DNA from: Chrysomallon squamiferum
Taxonomy: Eukaryota; Animalia; Mollusca
Direction of reading: 5' to 3'
Length of the DNA stretch: 64,000 bases
Assembly (NCBI GenBank): GCA_012295275.1
Contig: CM022667.1
Location: forward strand, 15,500,001 to 15,564,000
Below the pieces are notes generated by a model. That model saw only the letters and a list, made by a program, of their open reading frames with translations, searched no databases and was not told the origin of the DNA. The translations under genes were made by a program, and so were the position numbers. Each line of letters starts with the position of its first letter. The first letter of the stretch is position 1. Positions 31,501-41,820 of the stretch are shown here, in pieces.

Positions 31501-32673
31501 CCTAAAGACAAAAATAGTTCAGCTCCTCAGAAACAAGTGGACAAAGAAAATGAAAAGTCTGAAAATGAAAATCAACAAACACAGAAGAACGAGCAAAAGA
31601 ATTTGTCTGATGGAGAAAAGAATGATCAAGAAGAAGCTGAAAAGCAAAAATTGTCTGAAACTGAACAGGCCACAACAGATGCCAAAGAAACCAACAAATC
31701 TGAAATTAGTGAACCTGGAGATAAAAATAGTTCAGATTTTCAGAAACAAGAGGTCAAAGAAAATGAAAATCAACAAACACAGAAGAACCAGCAAAAGAAA
31801 TTGTCTGAGGGAGAAAAGAATGATTCAGTGGAAGCTGAAATACAAACATTCTCTAAAAATGATGAGATCAAAGCAGATGACAATAAAAACAATGAATCAC
31901 AAAGTAGTAAATCTAAAGACAAAAATATTTCACCTTCTCAGAAACAACAGCTCAAAGAGAATGAAAATCAACAAACACAGAAGAACCAGCAAAAGAAATT
32001 GTCTGAGAGAGAAAAGAATGATCAAGAAGAAGCTCAAATACAAAAATTGTCTGAAACTGAACAGACCACAACAGATGCCCAAGGAACCAACAAATCTGAA
32101 ATTGGTGAACCTAAAGACAAAAATAGTTCAGCTCCTCAGGAACAAGTGGACAAAGAAAATGAAAAGTCTCAAAATGAAAATCAACAAACACAGAAGAACA
32201 AGGAAAAGAAATTGTCTGATGGAGAAAAGAATGATCAAGAAGAAGCTGAAACACAAAAATTGTCTGAAACTGAACAGGCCACAACAGATGCCAAAGAAAC
32301 CAACAAATCTGAAATTAGTGAACCTGGAGATAAAAATAGTTCAGATTTTCAGAAACAAGAGGTCAAAGAAAATGAAAATCAACAAACACAGAAGAACGAG
32401 CAAAAGAATTTGTCTGATGGAGAAAAGAATGATCAAGAAGAAGCTGAAAAGCAAAAATTGTCTGAAACTGAACAGGCCACAACAGATGCCCAAGAAACCA
32501 ACAAATCTGAAATTAGTGAACCTGGAGATAAAAATAGTTCAGATTTTCAGAAACAAGAGGTCAAAGAAAATGAAAATCAACAAACACAGAAGAACAAGCA
32601 AAAGAAATGTTCTGATGGAGAAAAGAATGATTCAGTGAAAGCTGAAATGAAAAAATTATCTGTTTTAAAATAA
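28516..32673 (+). CDS. TRPT1: TRPT1/Tpt1/KptA-family 2'-phosphotransferase copy 1 (1385 aa): RGG/Q/Y-rich N-terminus, Tpt1 domain, about 10 C-terminal 66/72-aa repeats, truncated at a duplication junction
   Basis: Domain at about 29404-29976 with LSKSLSYLLRHG, KKRF, IRANQGHT, VVHGTY, RNHIHFA, GVISGMR and FFRSANNVILSPG, matching Tpt1/TRPT1 motifs with the Arg-His-Arg-Arg catalytic tetrad. Single uninterrupted ORF. Confidence 0.93.
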   Translation: MSEESQNKRGGVSNYAEGYRGNTNRGNDGRRDNRRGSGRGFNSAQLCNLQIQIQNSSTVPQLSRGRGSDFTQSRNRQFENPNSRRVQQLGRGLGFYNEQTQNVHVEYENSSVPQQIGERGISHEQTQNVHVGYENSSVLQQTGGRGISHEQTQNVNGQNKRGNLFNEYNSHRDYSNTKTHRNYDVRGRGWGGKRGQGRARERGRGRNLPYSQQPDHNIRSGRQQQSHGTEYYREKQQYSQFGYFYFPRDFSQRYFAPDQQAYPPYQEQYYYNQWPQYNPSDKSKGYGFRQQHSRDGDPLVALSKSLSYLLRHGAEKQNMKLLPGGFLYVQDILKMPQFKKATEADIQKVVDVNDKKRFFLKRDPENKLMIRANQGHTIEVEDLELTPVTDPADLPVVVHGTYHKYWELIKNQGLKRFERNHIHFAAGLPGEEGVISGMRSSCQVLIYINAEKAIKGGIEFFRSANNVILSPGDENGVIGPCYFEKVVNRKQYHELDFDPNVDYKSGKKQKVETVSRDSGQASSKECEQRRKRKQGAEVEADQSSEHDKMENDSEVSSTAGDMAKDDRAPLGETEQTDNYNRTESADRENREKQLGENEDDNLHENSTTHGSSNNDRTLNYPTSSKRKRPKVADTIRPPRDDENRSADRRHTQVDENNKTKLTKSQDDKRTTKSEDKNISQKHEIKENEKPEIENQQTKTEAEIECFSENEDVKTYRKINNELESNKPKDKNSSAYQKQEVKENENQQTQKNEQKKLSEGENNNQEEAEMKKLSKSEPATTDAKETNKSEISEAKDKNISASQKPQLKENENQETQKNQQKKFCEIEKNDPVEAEKQILSESEKATTDAKETNKSEIGEPKDKNSSAPQEHVDKENEKSQNENQQTQKNEQKKLSDGEKNDSVEAEKQILSETEQATTDAKQTNKSEINEPKDKNISASQKQQLKENENQQTQKNKEKKLSDGEKNDQEEAETQKLSETEQATTDAKETNKSEISEPKDKNSSAPQKQVDKENEKSENENQQTQKNEQKNLSDGEKNDQEEAEKQKLSETEQATTDAKETNKSEISEPGDKNSSDFQKQEVKENENQQTQKNQQKKLSEGEKNDSVEAEIQTFSKNDEIKADDNKNNESQSSKSKDKNISPSQKQQLKENENQQTQKNQQKKLSEREKNDQEEAQIQKLSETEQTTTDAQGTNKSEIGEPKDKNSSAPQEQVDKENEKSQNENQQTQKNKEKKLSDGEKNDQEEAETQKLSETEQATTDAKETNKSEISEPGDKNSSDFQKQEVKENENQQTQKNEQKNLSDGEKNDQEEAEKQKLSETEQATTDAQETNKSEISEPGDKNSSDFQKQEVKENENQQTQKNKQKKCSDGEKNDSVKAEMKKLSVLK
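28786..28985 (+). repeat. Coding 78-bp (26-aa) repeat x ~2.5 in the N-terminus of copy 1 (also about 34615-34812 in copy 2)
   Basis: GAACAGACACAAAA recurs at 78-bp spacing; peptide RG(F/I)(Y/S)HEQTQNVHVGYENSS. Confidence 0.85.
30700..32660 (+). repeat. Coding tandem repeat, 198-bp (66 aa) / 216-bp (72 aa) units, about 10 copies
   Basis: Unit KENENQQTQKNQQKKLSDGEKNDQEEAETQKLSETEQATTDAKETNKSEISEPGDKNSSDFQKQEV; AAAGA(A/G)AATGAAAATCAA occurs at 30736 and 30934 (198 bp apart). Confidence 0.95.
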
Positions 32674-33663
32674 CTAATGAATCATGTAATTCTAGATATA
32701 TGAATAATAAAGATTCGAGGCACAATTTCACCGAATTTCACTGAATGAATAGTATGTTGTATAAAAGACAAAATGATTTATTTTTGCCATATGAAAATAA
32801 ATTTATAGAAGATTCAAGGAAAACATCAATCATTATTATCAATAATAAAGTGAAACAATAAAATATATCCGAGAAAATGCTCATAAGTTGTCTTAATTTA
32901 TTCTTTTTATTACTTTTTTTTTATTATTTTTGTTTGTTTGTTTGTTTATTGTTTTTAATGTAATGTATTTGTTGGGTTTTTTGTTTTGTTTTTATTCTGT
33001 CTCTTTTCTTACTGTTTTGTTTAGTTTTTAATTTCTTATCTTACTTTCTACTTTCTTTATTATTATTACTTCTTTTCTTTTTTTTTTTTTTTTTTTTTTT
33101 TCTTGCTCTTATTTATTTATTTATTTATTTATTATTTTGTTGTTGTTTTTTCTGTAATATTACTTTCTGACAAAATAAATAATAATAAATAAATAAATCC
33201 TGTCAGACTGAGGGAATAGAAATTTCTGTAGACTCGGCCTGTTGCGATTTTTTCTCTTACCGTCCACGATCTAAGTTTTCTTACTTGATCCTCTGCCCTC
33301 AGAAAATCTGTTAAGAAAACATTAATTTTAAATAAAATGAAATATAAAAACAGACATTCTGTTCGAAGTACATTAGCTACATTAAGATTATTAATCCGTA
33401 ATATTATTAGAGATACATTTTAAGACAAGGCACCTAATGTAACGCTATAAACAAAAATTATTATTATTATTGTTGTTGTTGTTAAATATAAATATAGAGA
33501 ATATTACACGTAAACGGCAAAATGAAGTAAAGCTAAGACTAACTGAACGCGGTAAACAGGAATCGAAATGCTGTATGAGATTAGTACGAGTTTATATTAA
33601 TTAACATTTTCCCGAGAGGCTTCCAAAGTTTATATATTTACTTCATTACTTCCTTTTCTTATT

Positions 33664-33749
<86 letters not shown>

Positions 33750-34343
33750 TTTTTAATATTGTATTTTATATCTGTTTATATTTTACATTTTACCTTTTCT
33801 TATTATTACTATTATTTATTTGAAATTTTCATTTTTATTTTTTATTTGTTTGTTTTATTTTTCAATTTATTTTATTCTTTTCACACAAATTTTTTTTTTT
33901 TCTGAGATAGTCTTACCAAGAACCGAGCTAATCAATCAAAAGTACAGCACAGTCTGTAGGAAATGGGGCGACATTACTTCTTAACGATGACAGTGATACA
34001 TATAGAAAATAAATTTAAAAAAAAATTAATAATAATAATAATAATAGATATATATATACTAGCAACAGAAAGCACAGTTAAATGATGCCAGAAATTATCA
34101 GGAACAGAATTTAACAATATACATTATACAGAATTCCCCAATTAGACTCTAATGCTAATTAGTCCTTTTTTCAAAAGTGACCTCTAATATCGAGACTAAG
34201 AAACGTATGGAGATCGAAAGTAAAAGTAGATTTTCTAGGAAAAATATGCTTTCTCCGTCTTATATAGTTATCAGATTTTGTGAGAGAAACATACTAGCTA
34301 GTCGACTTTTGGCCAGCACATTTTTATAACAACGAAATTTAAT

Positions 34344-37300
34344 ATGTCTGAAGAATCACAAAATAAGAGAGGAGGTGTTTCTAACTACGCTGAAGGCTAT
34401 AGAGGTAATACTAATAGAGGTAATGATGGACGTAGAGACAATAGGCGTGGTAGTGGACGTGGATTTAATTATGCACAGCTTTGTAACCTTCAAATTGAAA
34501 TTCAAAACAGTTCTACAGTACCACAGTTAAGTCGTGGACGTGGATCTGATTTTACGCAATCACGTAACCGAGAGTTTGAAAATCAGAATAGTCGTAGAGT
34601 ACAACAGTTAGGTCGTGAACGTGGATTTTATCATGAACAGACACAAAACGTACATGTTGGACATGAAAATTCTAGTGAACCGCAGCAAATTGGTGGACGT
34701 GGATTTTATCATGAACAGACACAAAACGTACATGTTGGATATGAAAATTCCAGTGTACTGCAGCAAATTGGTGGACGTGGAATTTCTCATGAACAGACAC
34801 AAAATGTAAATGGACAAAATAAGACAGGATATCTTTTTAATGAGTACAATAGCCATCGTGATTATAGTAATACTAAAACACACAGAAATTATGATGTACG
34901 TGGACGGGGTTGGGGAGGGAAACGGGGACAGGGCCGGGCACGGGAACGTGGAAGGGGACGTAATCTTCCTTATTCTCAACAGCCAGATCACAATATTCGT
35001 AGCGGTCGACAACAGCAAAGTCATGGAACTGAATATTATCGTGAAAAACAACAATACTCACAATTTGGATATTTTTGTTTTCCTCGTGATTTTTCAAACC
35101 AAAGTTATTTTGCACCTGATCAGCAAGCTTATCCACCTTACCAGGAACAATATTACTACGATCAGTCGCCTCAGCACAACCCTTCTGACAAGTCAAAAGG
35201 ATATGGTTTCAGACAACAACATAGACGAGATGGAGATCCCCTGGTAGCATTGTCCAAGTCCCTCTCTTACCTTCTCAGACATGGAGCAGAAAGGCAGAAG
35301 ATGAAATTATTACCAGGTGGATTCTTGTATGTTCAAGATATTCTCAAATTGCCACAGTTTAAGAAAGCCACTGAAGCTGATATACAAAAAGTAGTGGACG
35401 TCAATGATAAGAAAAGATTCTTTTTGAAAAGAGATCCAGAAAACAAACTGATGATCCGAGCAAATCAGGGCCACACAATAGAGGTGGAAGATCTTGAATT
35501 AACACCTGTCACTGACCCAGCAGATTTACCTGTAGTTGTTCATGGAACATACCACAAATATTGGGAACTGATTAAAAATCAAGGTCTAAAACGATTTGAA
35601 CGGAATCACATTCACTTTGCTGCTGGCCTGCCTGGAGAAGAAGGAGTTATTAGCGGGATGAGAAGTTCTTGTCAAGTATTGATATACATTAATGCTGAAA
35701 AAGCCATCAAAGGTGGAATCGAATTTTTCCGTTCAGCCAACAACGTAATTTTGAGTCCAGGTGATGAAAATGGTGTTATTGGTCCATGCTACTTTGAAAA
35801 AGTTGTGAACAGGAAACAATACCACGAACTGGACTTTGATCCGAATGTAGATTACAAGTCAGGCAAAAAACAGAAAGTTGAAACAGTTAGCAGAGATTCT
35901 GGACAGGCGTCTTCAAAAGAATGTGAACAAAGAAGAAAAAGAAAACAAGGAGCAGAAGTAGAAGCAGATCAAAGTTCAGAACATGATAAAATGGAAAATG
36001 ATTCTGAAGTATCATCCACTGCTGGAGACATGGCTAAAGGTGACAGAGCACCTGTCTGTGAAACTGAACAAACTGATAACTATAAGAGAACAGAGTCAGC
36101 TGACAGAGAAAAACGGGAAAAACAACTTGGTGAAAATGAAGATGACAACTTGCACGAAAATAGTACCACTCATGGATCATCCAACAATGACCGAACACTG
36201 AGTTATTCTACTTCATCTAAAAGAAAACGTCCGAAAGTAGCTGATACAATACGTCCACCAAGAGATGACGAAAACAGATCAGCAGACGGAAGGCACACTC
36301 AAGTAGATGAGAATAATAAAACAAAATTGCCTAAAAGTCAAGATGACAAACGAACTACAAAATCTGAAGACAAAAACATTTCTCAAAAAGACGAGATCAA
36401 AGAAAATGAAAAGCCTGAAATCGAAAATCAACAAACAAAGACGGAAGCTGAAATAGAATGTTTTTCTGAAAAGGAAGGCGTCAAAACATATACAAAAACC
36501 AACAATGAATTAGAAACTAATAAACCTAAAGACAAAAACAGTTCACCTTATCAGAAACAAGAGGTCAAAGAAAATGAAAATCAACAAACACAGAAGAACG
36601 AGCAAAAGAAATTGTCTGAGGGAGAAAATAATAATCAAGAAGAAGCTGAAATGAAAAAATTGTCTGAAACTGAACAGGCCACAACAGATGCCAAAGAAAC
36701 CAACAAATCTGAAATTAGTGAACCTGGAGATAAAAATAGTTCAGATTTTCAGAATCAAGAGGTCAAAGAAAATGAAAATCAACAAACACAGAAGAACCAG
36801 CAAAAGAAATTCTGTGAGATAGAAAAGAATGATCCAGTGGAAGCTGAAAAGCAAATATTGTCTGAAAGTGAAAAGGCTACAACAAATGCCAAAGAAACCA
36901 ACAAATCGGAAATTAGTGAACCTAAAGACAAAAACATTTCAGCTTCTCAGAAACAAGAGGTCAAAGAAAATGAAAATCAACAAACACAGAAGAACCAGCA
37001 AAAGAAATTGTCTGAGAGAGAAAAGAATGATCAAGACGAAGCTCAAATACAAAAATTGTCTGAAACTGAACAGGCTACAACAGATGCCCAAGAAACCAAC
37101 AAATCTGAAATAAGTGAACCTGGAGATAAAAATAGTTCAGATTTTCAGAAACAAGAGGTCAAAGAAAATGAAAATCAACAAACACAGAAGAACCAGCAAA
37201 AGAAATTGTCTGAGGTAGAAAAGAATGATTCAGTGGAAGCTGAAATACAAAAATTCTCTAAAAATGATGAGATCAAAGCAGATGACAATAAAAACAATGA

Positions 37301-40300
37301 ATCACAAAGTAGTAAATCTAAAGACAAAAATATTTCACCTTCTCAGAAACAACAGCTCAAAGAGAATGAAAATCAACAAACACAGAAGAACCAGCAAAAG
37401 AAATTGTCTGAGAGAGAAAAGAATGATCAAGAAGAAGCTGAAATACAAAAATTGTCTGAAACTGAACAGGCCACAACAGATGCCCAAGAAACCAACAAAT
37501 CTGAAATTAGTGAACCTGGAGATAAAAATAGTTCAGATTTTCAGAAACAAGAGGTCAAAGAAAATGAAAATCAACAAACACAGAAGAACCAGCAAAAGAC
37601 ATTGTCTGAGGGAGAAAAGAATGATTCAGTGGAAGCTGAAACACAAAAATTGTCTGAAAGTGAACAAGCCGCAACAGATGCCAAAGAAACCAACAAATCT
37701 GAAAGTAGTGAACCTAAAGACAAAAATAGTTCAGGTCCTCAGAAACAAGTGGACAAAGAAAATGAAAACTCTCAAAATGAAAATCAACAAACACAGAAGA
37801 ACCAGCAAAAGAAATTGTCTGATGGAGAAAAGAATGATTCAGTGGAAGCTGAAAAGCAAATATTGTCTGAAAGTGAAAAGGCCACAACAGATGCAAAACA
37901 AACCAGCAAATCTGAAATCAATGAACCTAAAGACAAAAATAGTTCAGCTTCTCAGAAACCACAGCTCAAAGAGAATGAAAATCAACAAACACAGAAGAAC
38001 CAGCAAAAGAAATTGTCTGATGGAGAAAAGAATGATCAAGAAGAAGCTGAAACACAAAAATTGTCTGAAACTGAAGAGGCCACAACAGATGCCAAAGAAA
38101 CCAACAAATCTGAAATTGTTGAATCTGGAGATAAAAATATTTCAGATTTTCAGAAACAAGAAGTCAAAGAAAATGAAAATCAACAAACACAGAAGAACCA
38201 GCAAAAGAAATTGTCTGATGGAGAAAAGAATGATTCAGTGGAAGCTGAAAAGCAAATATTGTCTAAAAGTGAAAAGGCCACAACAGATGCAAAACAAACC
38301 AGCAAATCTGAAATCAATGAACCTAAAGACAAAAATATTTCAGCTTCTCAGAAACCACAGCTCAAAGAGAATGAAAATCAACAAACACAGAAGAACCAGC
38401 AAAAGACATTGTCTGAGGGAGAAAAGAATGATTCAGTGGAAGCTGAAATAAAAAAATTCTCTAAAAATGATGAGATCAAAGCAGATGACAATAAAAACAA
38501 TGAATCACAAAGTAGTAAATCTAAAGACAAAAATAGTTCAGCTTCTCAGAAACCACAGCTAAAAGAGAATGAAAATCAACAAACACAGAAGAACCAGCAA
38601 AAGAAATTTTCTGATGGAGAAAAGAATGATCCAGTGGAAGCTGAAAAGCAAATATTGTCTGAAACTGAACAGGCCACAACAGATGCAAAACAAACCAACA
38701 AGTCTGAAATTAGTGAAGCTGGAGACAAAAATATTTCAGATTTTCAGAAACAAGAGGTCCAAGAAAATGAAAATCAACAAACACAGAAGAAACAGCAAAA
38801 GAATTTGTCTGATGGAGAAAAGAATGATCAAGAAGAAGCTGAAACACAAAATTTGTCTGAAACTGAACAGGCCATAACAGATGCCAAAGAAACCAACAAA
38901 TCTGAAATTAGTGAACCTAAAGACAAAAATAGTTCAGCTCCTCAGGAACAAGTGGACAAAGAAAATGAAAAGTCTCAAAATGAAAATCAACAAACACAGA
39001 AGAACCAGCAAAAGAAATTGTCTGAGGGAGAAAAGAATGATTCAGTGGAAGCTGAAACACAAAAATTCTCTAAAAATGATGAGATCAAAGCAAATGACAA
39101 TAAAAACAATGAATCACAAAGCAGTAAATCTAAAGACAAAAATATTTCACCTTCTCAGAAACCACAGCTCAAAGAGAATGAAAATCAACAAACACAGAAG
39201 AACCAGCAAAAGAAATTCTGTGAGATAGAAAAGAATGATCCAGTGGAAGCTGAAAAGCAAATATTGTCTGAAACTGAACAGGCCACAACAGATGCAAAAC
39301 AAACCAACAAATCTGAAATCAATGAACCTAAACACAAAAATATTTCAGCTTCTCAGAAACCACAGCTCAAAGAAAATGAAAATCAACAAACACAGAAGAA
39401 CCAGCAAAAGAAATTGTCTGAGGGAGACAAGAATGATCAAGAAGAAGCTGAAACACAAAAATTGTCTGAAACTGAACAGGCCACAACAGATGCCAAAGAA
39501 ACCAACAAATCTGAAATTAGTGAACCTGGAGATAAAAATATTTCAGATTTTCAGAAACAAGAGGTCAAAAAAAATGAAAATCAACAAACACAGAAGAACC
39601 AGCAAAAGAAATTGTCTGAGGGAGAAAAGAATGATTCAGTGGAAGCTGAAACACAAAAATTCTCTAAAAATGATGAGTTCAAAGCAGATGACAATAAAAA
39701 CAATGAATCACAAATTAATAAATCTAAAGACAAAAACATTTCAGCTTCTCAGAAACAAGAGGTCGAAGAAAATGAAAATCAACAAACACAGAAGAACCAG
39801 CAAAAGAAATTTTCTGATGGAGAAAAGAATGATTCAGTGGAAGCTGAAACACAAAAATTGTCTGAAACTGAAGAGGCCACAACAGATGCCAAAGAAACCA
39901 ACAAATCTGAAATTAGTGAACCTAAAGACAAAAACATTTCAGCTTCTCAGAAACAAGAGGTCAAAGAAAATGAAAATCCACAAACACAGAAGAACCAGCA
40001 AAAGAAATTTTCTGAGGGAGAAAAGAATGATTCAGTGGAAGCTGAAAAACAAAAATTCTCTAAAAATGATGAGTTCAAAGCAGATGACAATAAAAACAAT
40101 GAATTACAAAGCAGTAAATCTAAAGACAAAAATATTTCACCTTCTCAGAAACCACAGCTAAAACAGAATGAAAATCAACAAACACAGAAGAACCAGCAAA
40201 AGAAATTCTGTGAGATAGAAAAGAATGATCCAGTGGAAGCTGAAAAGCAAATATTGTCTAAAACTGAACAGGCCACAACAGATGCAAAACAAACCAACAA

Positions 40301-41279
40301 GTCTGAAATTAGTGAAGCTGGAGACAAAAATATTTCAGATTTTCAGAAACAAGAGGTCAAAGAAAATCAAAATCAACAAACACAGGAGAACCAGCAAAAG
40401 ACATTGTCTGAGGGAGAAAAGAATGATTCAGTGGAAGCTGAAACACAAAAAGTGTCTGAAAGTGAACAGGCCACAACAGATGCCAAAGAAACCAACAAAT
40501 CTGGAATTAGTGAACCTAAAGACAAAAATAGTTCAGCTCCTCAGAAACAAGAGGTCAAAGTAAATGAAAAGTCTGAAAATGAAAATCAAGAAACAGAGGG
40601 AGAAAAGCATAATCCAGGGGTAGCTCAAACACAGAAGAACCAGCAGAAGAAATTGTCTGAGGGAGAAAAGCATAATCCAGGGGTAGCTCAAACATACGAG
40701 TTGTCTAAAAGTGAACAAGTGAAAATAGATCACAAAAAACTGAACAAATCTGAAGGTAGTAAATCTAAAGTCAAAAACATTTCAGCTTCTCAGAAACAAG
40801 AGGTCATAGAGAATGAAAATCAGCAAACACAGAAGAACCAGCCAAAGAAAATGCTTAAGGGAGAAATGAATAATCCAGTGGTAACTGAAATGAAAGTGAA
40901 TGATTCTGAGAACAACATTGGCAAAGATGCTTCAGCAACAAAGAATGTTACGTCTAAAGATAAAAAAGTGTGTGATCAAAAATCTTCTGAGAAAAAGGAA
41001 GTTAAGAAAAAGAATCAGTCCATTAAAAATAAAGTAGTAATTGCAGAGTTTGAGCTACCTAGTTGGACAACAGAAAATGATTCAAATTGTGGTGAAAATG
41101 CTCCACCTGAACAGACTAGAAAACAAAATAAACAACCTGATTCATCCGATGAAACTGATAAGAACAAAGAGAAAGAACAGAAAAATGAAGAAGGTGACAA
41201 TGAGAAAGATGGCAGGCATGAAGAGACAGCTCCTTCCAAAAAAACAAATAAAAAGAGAAACAAATGGAAGAAGAAATAA
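34344..41279 (+). CDS. TRPT1: TRPT1-family copy 2 (2311 aa), full length, about 21-22 C-terminal repeats, basic C-terminal tail
   Basis: Same Tpt1 motifs at about 35235-35810; 6.9-kb uninterrupted ORF; ends EFELPSWTTE...KKTNKKRNKWKKK, homologous to the C-terminus of copy 4. Confidence 0.94.
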   Translation: MSEESQNKRGGVSNYAEGYRGNTNRGNDGRRDNRRGSGRGFNYAQLCNLQIEIQNSSTVPQLSRGRGSDFTQSRNREFENQNSRRVQQLGRERGFYHEQTQNVHVGHENSSEPQQIGGRGFYHEQTQNVHVGYENSSVLQQIGGRGISHEQTQNVNGQNKTGYLFNEYNSHRDYSNTKTHRNYDVRGRGWGGKRGQGRARERGRGRNLPYSQQPDHNIRSGRQQQSHGTEYYREKQQYSQFGYFCFPRDFSNQSYFAPDQQAYPPYQEQYYYDQSPQHNPSDKSKGYGFRQQHRRDGDPLVALSKSLSYLLRHGAERQKMKLLPGGFLYVQDILKLPQFKKATEADIQKVVDVNDKKRFFLKRDPENKLMIRANQGHTIEVEDLELTPVTDPADLPVVVHGTYHKYWELIKNQGLKRFERNHIHFAAGLPGEEGVISGMRSSCQVLIYINAEKAIKGGIEFFRSANNVILSPGDENGVIGPCYFEKVVNRKQYHELDFDPNVDYKSGKKQKVETVSRDSGQASSKECEQRRKRKQGAEVEADQSSEHDKMENDSEVSSTAGDMAKGDRAPVCETEQTDNYKRTESADREKREKQLGENEDDNLHENSTTHGSSNNDRTLSYSTSSKRKRPKVADTIRPPRDDENRSADGRHTQVDENNKTKLPKSQDDKRTTKSEDKNISQKDEIKENEKPEIENQQTKTEAEIECFSEKEGVKTYTKTNNELETNKPKDKNSSPYQKQEVKENENQQTQKNEQKKLSEGENNNQEEAEMKKLSETEQATTDAKETNKSEISEPGDKNSSDFQNQEVKENENQQTQKNQQKKFCEIEKNDPVEAEKQILSESEKATTNAKETNKSEISEPKDKNISASQKQEVKENENQQTQKNQQKKLSEREKNDQDEAQIQKLSETEQATTDAQETNKSEISEPGDKNSSDFQKQEVKENENQQTQKNQQKKLSEVEKNDSVEAEIQKFSKNDEIKADDNKNNESQSSKSKDKNISPSQKQQLKENENQQTQKNQQKKLSEREKNDQEEAEIQKLSETEQATTDAQETNKSEISEPGDKNSSDFQKQEVKENENQQTQKNQQKTLSEGEKNDSVEAETQKLSESEQAATDAKETNKSESSEPKDKNSSGPQKQVDKENENSQNENQQTQKNQQKKLSDGEKNDSVEAEKQILSESEKATTDAKQTSKSEINEPKDKNSSASQKPQLKENENQQTQKNQQKKLSDGEKNDQEEAETQKLSETEEATTDAKETNKSEIVESGDKNISDFQKQEVKENENQQTQKNQQKKLSDGEKNDSVEAEKQILSKSEKATTDAKQTSKSEINEPKDKNISASQKPQLKENENQQTQKNQQKTLSEGEKNDSVEAEIKKFSKNDEIKADDNKNNESQSSKSKDKNSSASQKPQLKENENQQTQKNQQKKFSDGEKNDPVEAEKQILSETEQATTDAKQTNKSEISEAGDKNISDFQKQEVQENENQQTQKKQQKNLSDGEKNDQEEAETQNLSETEQAITDAKETNKSEISEPKDKNSSAPQEQVDKENEKSQNENQQTQKNQQKKLSEGEKNDSVEAETQKFSKNDEIKANDNKNNESQSSKSKDKNISPSQKPQLKENENQQTQKNQQKKFCEIEKNDPVEAEKQILSETEQATTDAKQTNKSEINEPKHKNISASQKPQLKENENQQTQKNQQKKLSEGDKNDQEEAETQKLSETEQATTDAKETNKSEISEPGDKNISDFQKQEVKKNENQQTQKNQQKKLSEGEKNDSVEAETQKFSKNDEFKADDNKNNESQINKSKDKNISASQKQEVEENENQQTQKNQQKKFSDGEKNDSVEAETQKLSETEEATTDAKETNKSEISEPKDKNISASQKQEVKENENPQTQKNQQKKFSEGEKNDSVEAEKQKFSKNDEFKADDNKNNELQSSKSKDKNISPSQKPQLKQNENQQTQKNQQKKFCEIEKNDPVEAEKQILSKTEQATTDAKQTNKSEISEAGDKNISDFQKQEVKENQNQQTQENQQKTLSEGEKNDSVEAETQKVSESEQATTDAKETNKSGISEPKDKNSSAPQKQEVKVNEKSENENQETEGEKHNPGVAQTQKNQQKKLSEGEKHNPGVAQTYELSKSEQVKIDHKKLNKSEGSKSKVKNISASQKQEVIENENQQTQKNQPKKMLKGEMNNPVVTEMKVNDSENNIGKDASATKNVTSKDKKVCDQKSSEKKEVKKKNQSIKNKVVIAEFELPSWTTENDSNCGENAPPEQTRKQNKQPDSSDETDKNKEKEQKNEEGDNEKDGRHEETAPSKKTNKKRNKWKKK
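36520..40870 (+). repeat. Coding tandem repeat, 198/216-bp units, about 21-22 copies
   Basis: Counted QTQ(K/E)(N/K)xxK cores in the 2311-aa translation. Confidence 0.95.
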
Positions 41280-41408
41280 ATGACAGTACTTTGCTAGAAT
41301 ATTGTGTACATCTGCACAGGTCCTGGATTTATGCTCATAAAGTATTCTTGTGAAAAACTTTTCAATATATGTATAATTAATAATTCACTTTGTTAGAAAT
41401 TTTATATA

Positions 41409-41440
<32 letters not shown>

Positions 41441-41783
41441 TGTCAGTATATGATGAGATGCTAGTGAAATATTTTTAAATAATTATAATTCTAATATAAG
41501 ATCTGATGGATAAAATTTTAGAAAGAAAGAACTTAGAAGACTGTGTTTAGTGCACATATTTTCAAAAACATTTTCTACTTCTGGTGTTCATCTGTGTGTC
41601 TGTTAATTATTATTAATATTTTACTTATCAATTAGTGTTTTGAGTCTCTTTTATTCTAATGTTTTGGAAATTGGAAATCATTTTTATGTACATTACAAAT
41701 GCTTTTTATTAACCCCAACTGGATCATTAGTTTTGAAAAATTGTTTTGTGACTGTTTCCATTTATACAAATGCTTTGTGTATG

Positions 41784-41820
<37 letters not shown>

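Larger units (their letters stand above)
26813..32659. repeat. Tandem segmental duplication unit 1 (about 5.8 kb); unit 2 begins at 32660
   Basis: CTGTTTTAAAAT(G/A)ACTAA(C/T)GAATCATGTAATTCTAG... starts at both 26813 and 32660. About 1.7 kb of near-identical upstream sequence plus the TRPT1 ORF follow in both units. Confidence 0.93.

Noticed and set aside
30998-32638. 546-aa Lys-rich ORF (and similar ORFs at 36829-40563) overlapping the TRPT1 repeats in another frame
   Set aside because: By-product of an A-rich 198-bp repeat that lacks stops in that frame; it is broken by stops several times in copy 2 while the main frame never is.
30700-40870. Regularly spaced repeats as a CRISPR-like array
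   Set aside because: Whole units are repeated with no unique spacers; they are in-frame coding repeats in a eukaryotic gene.
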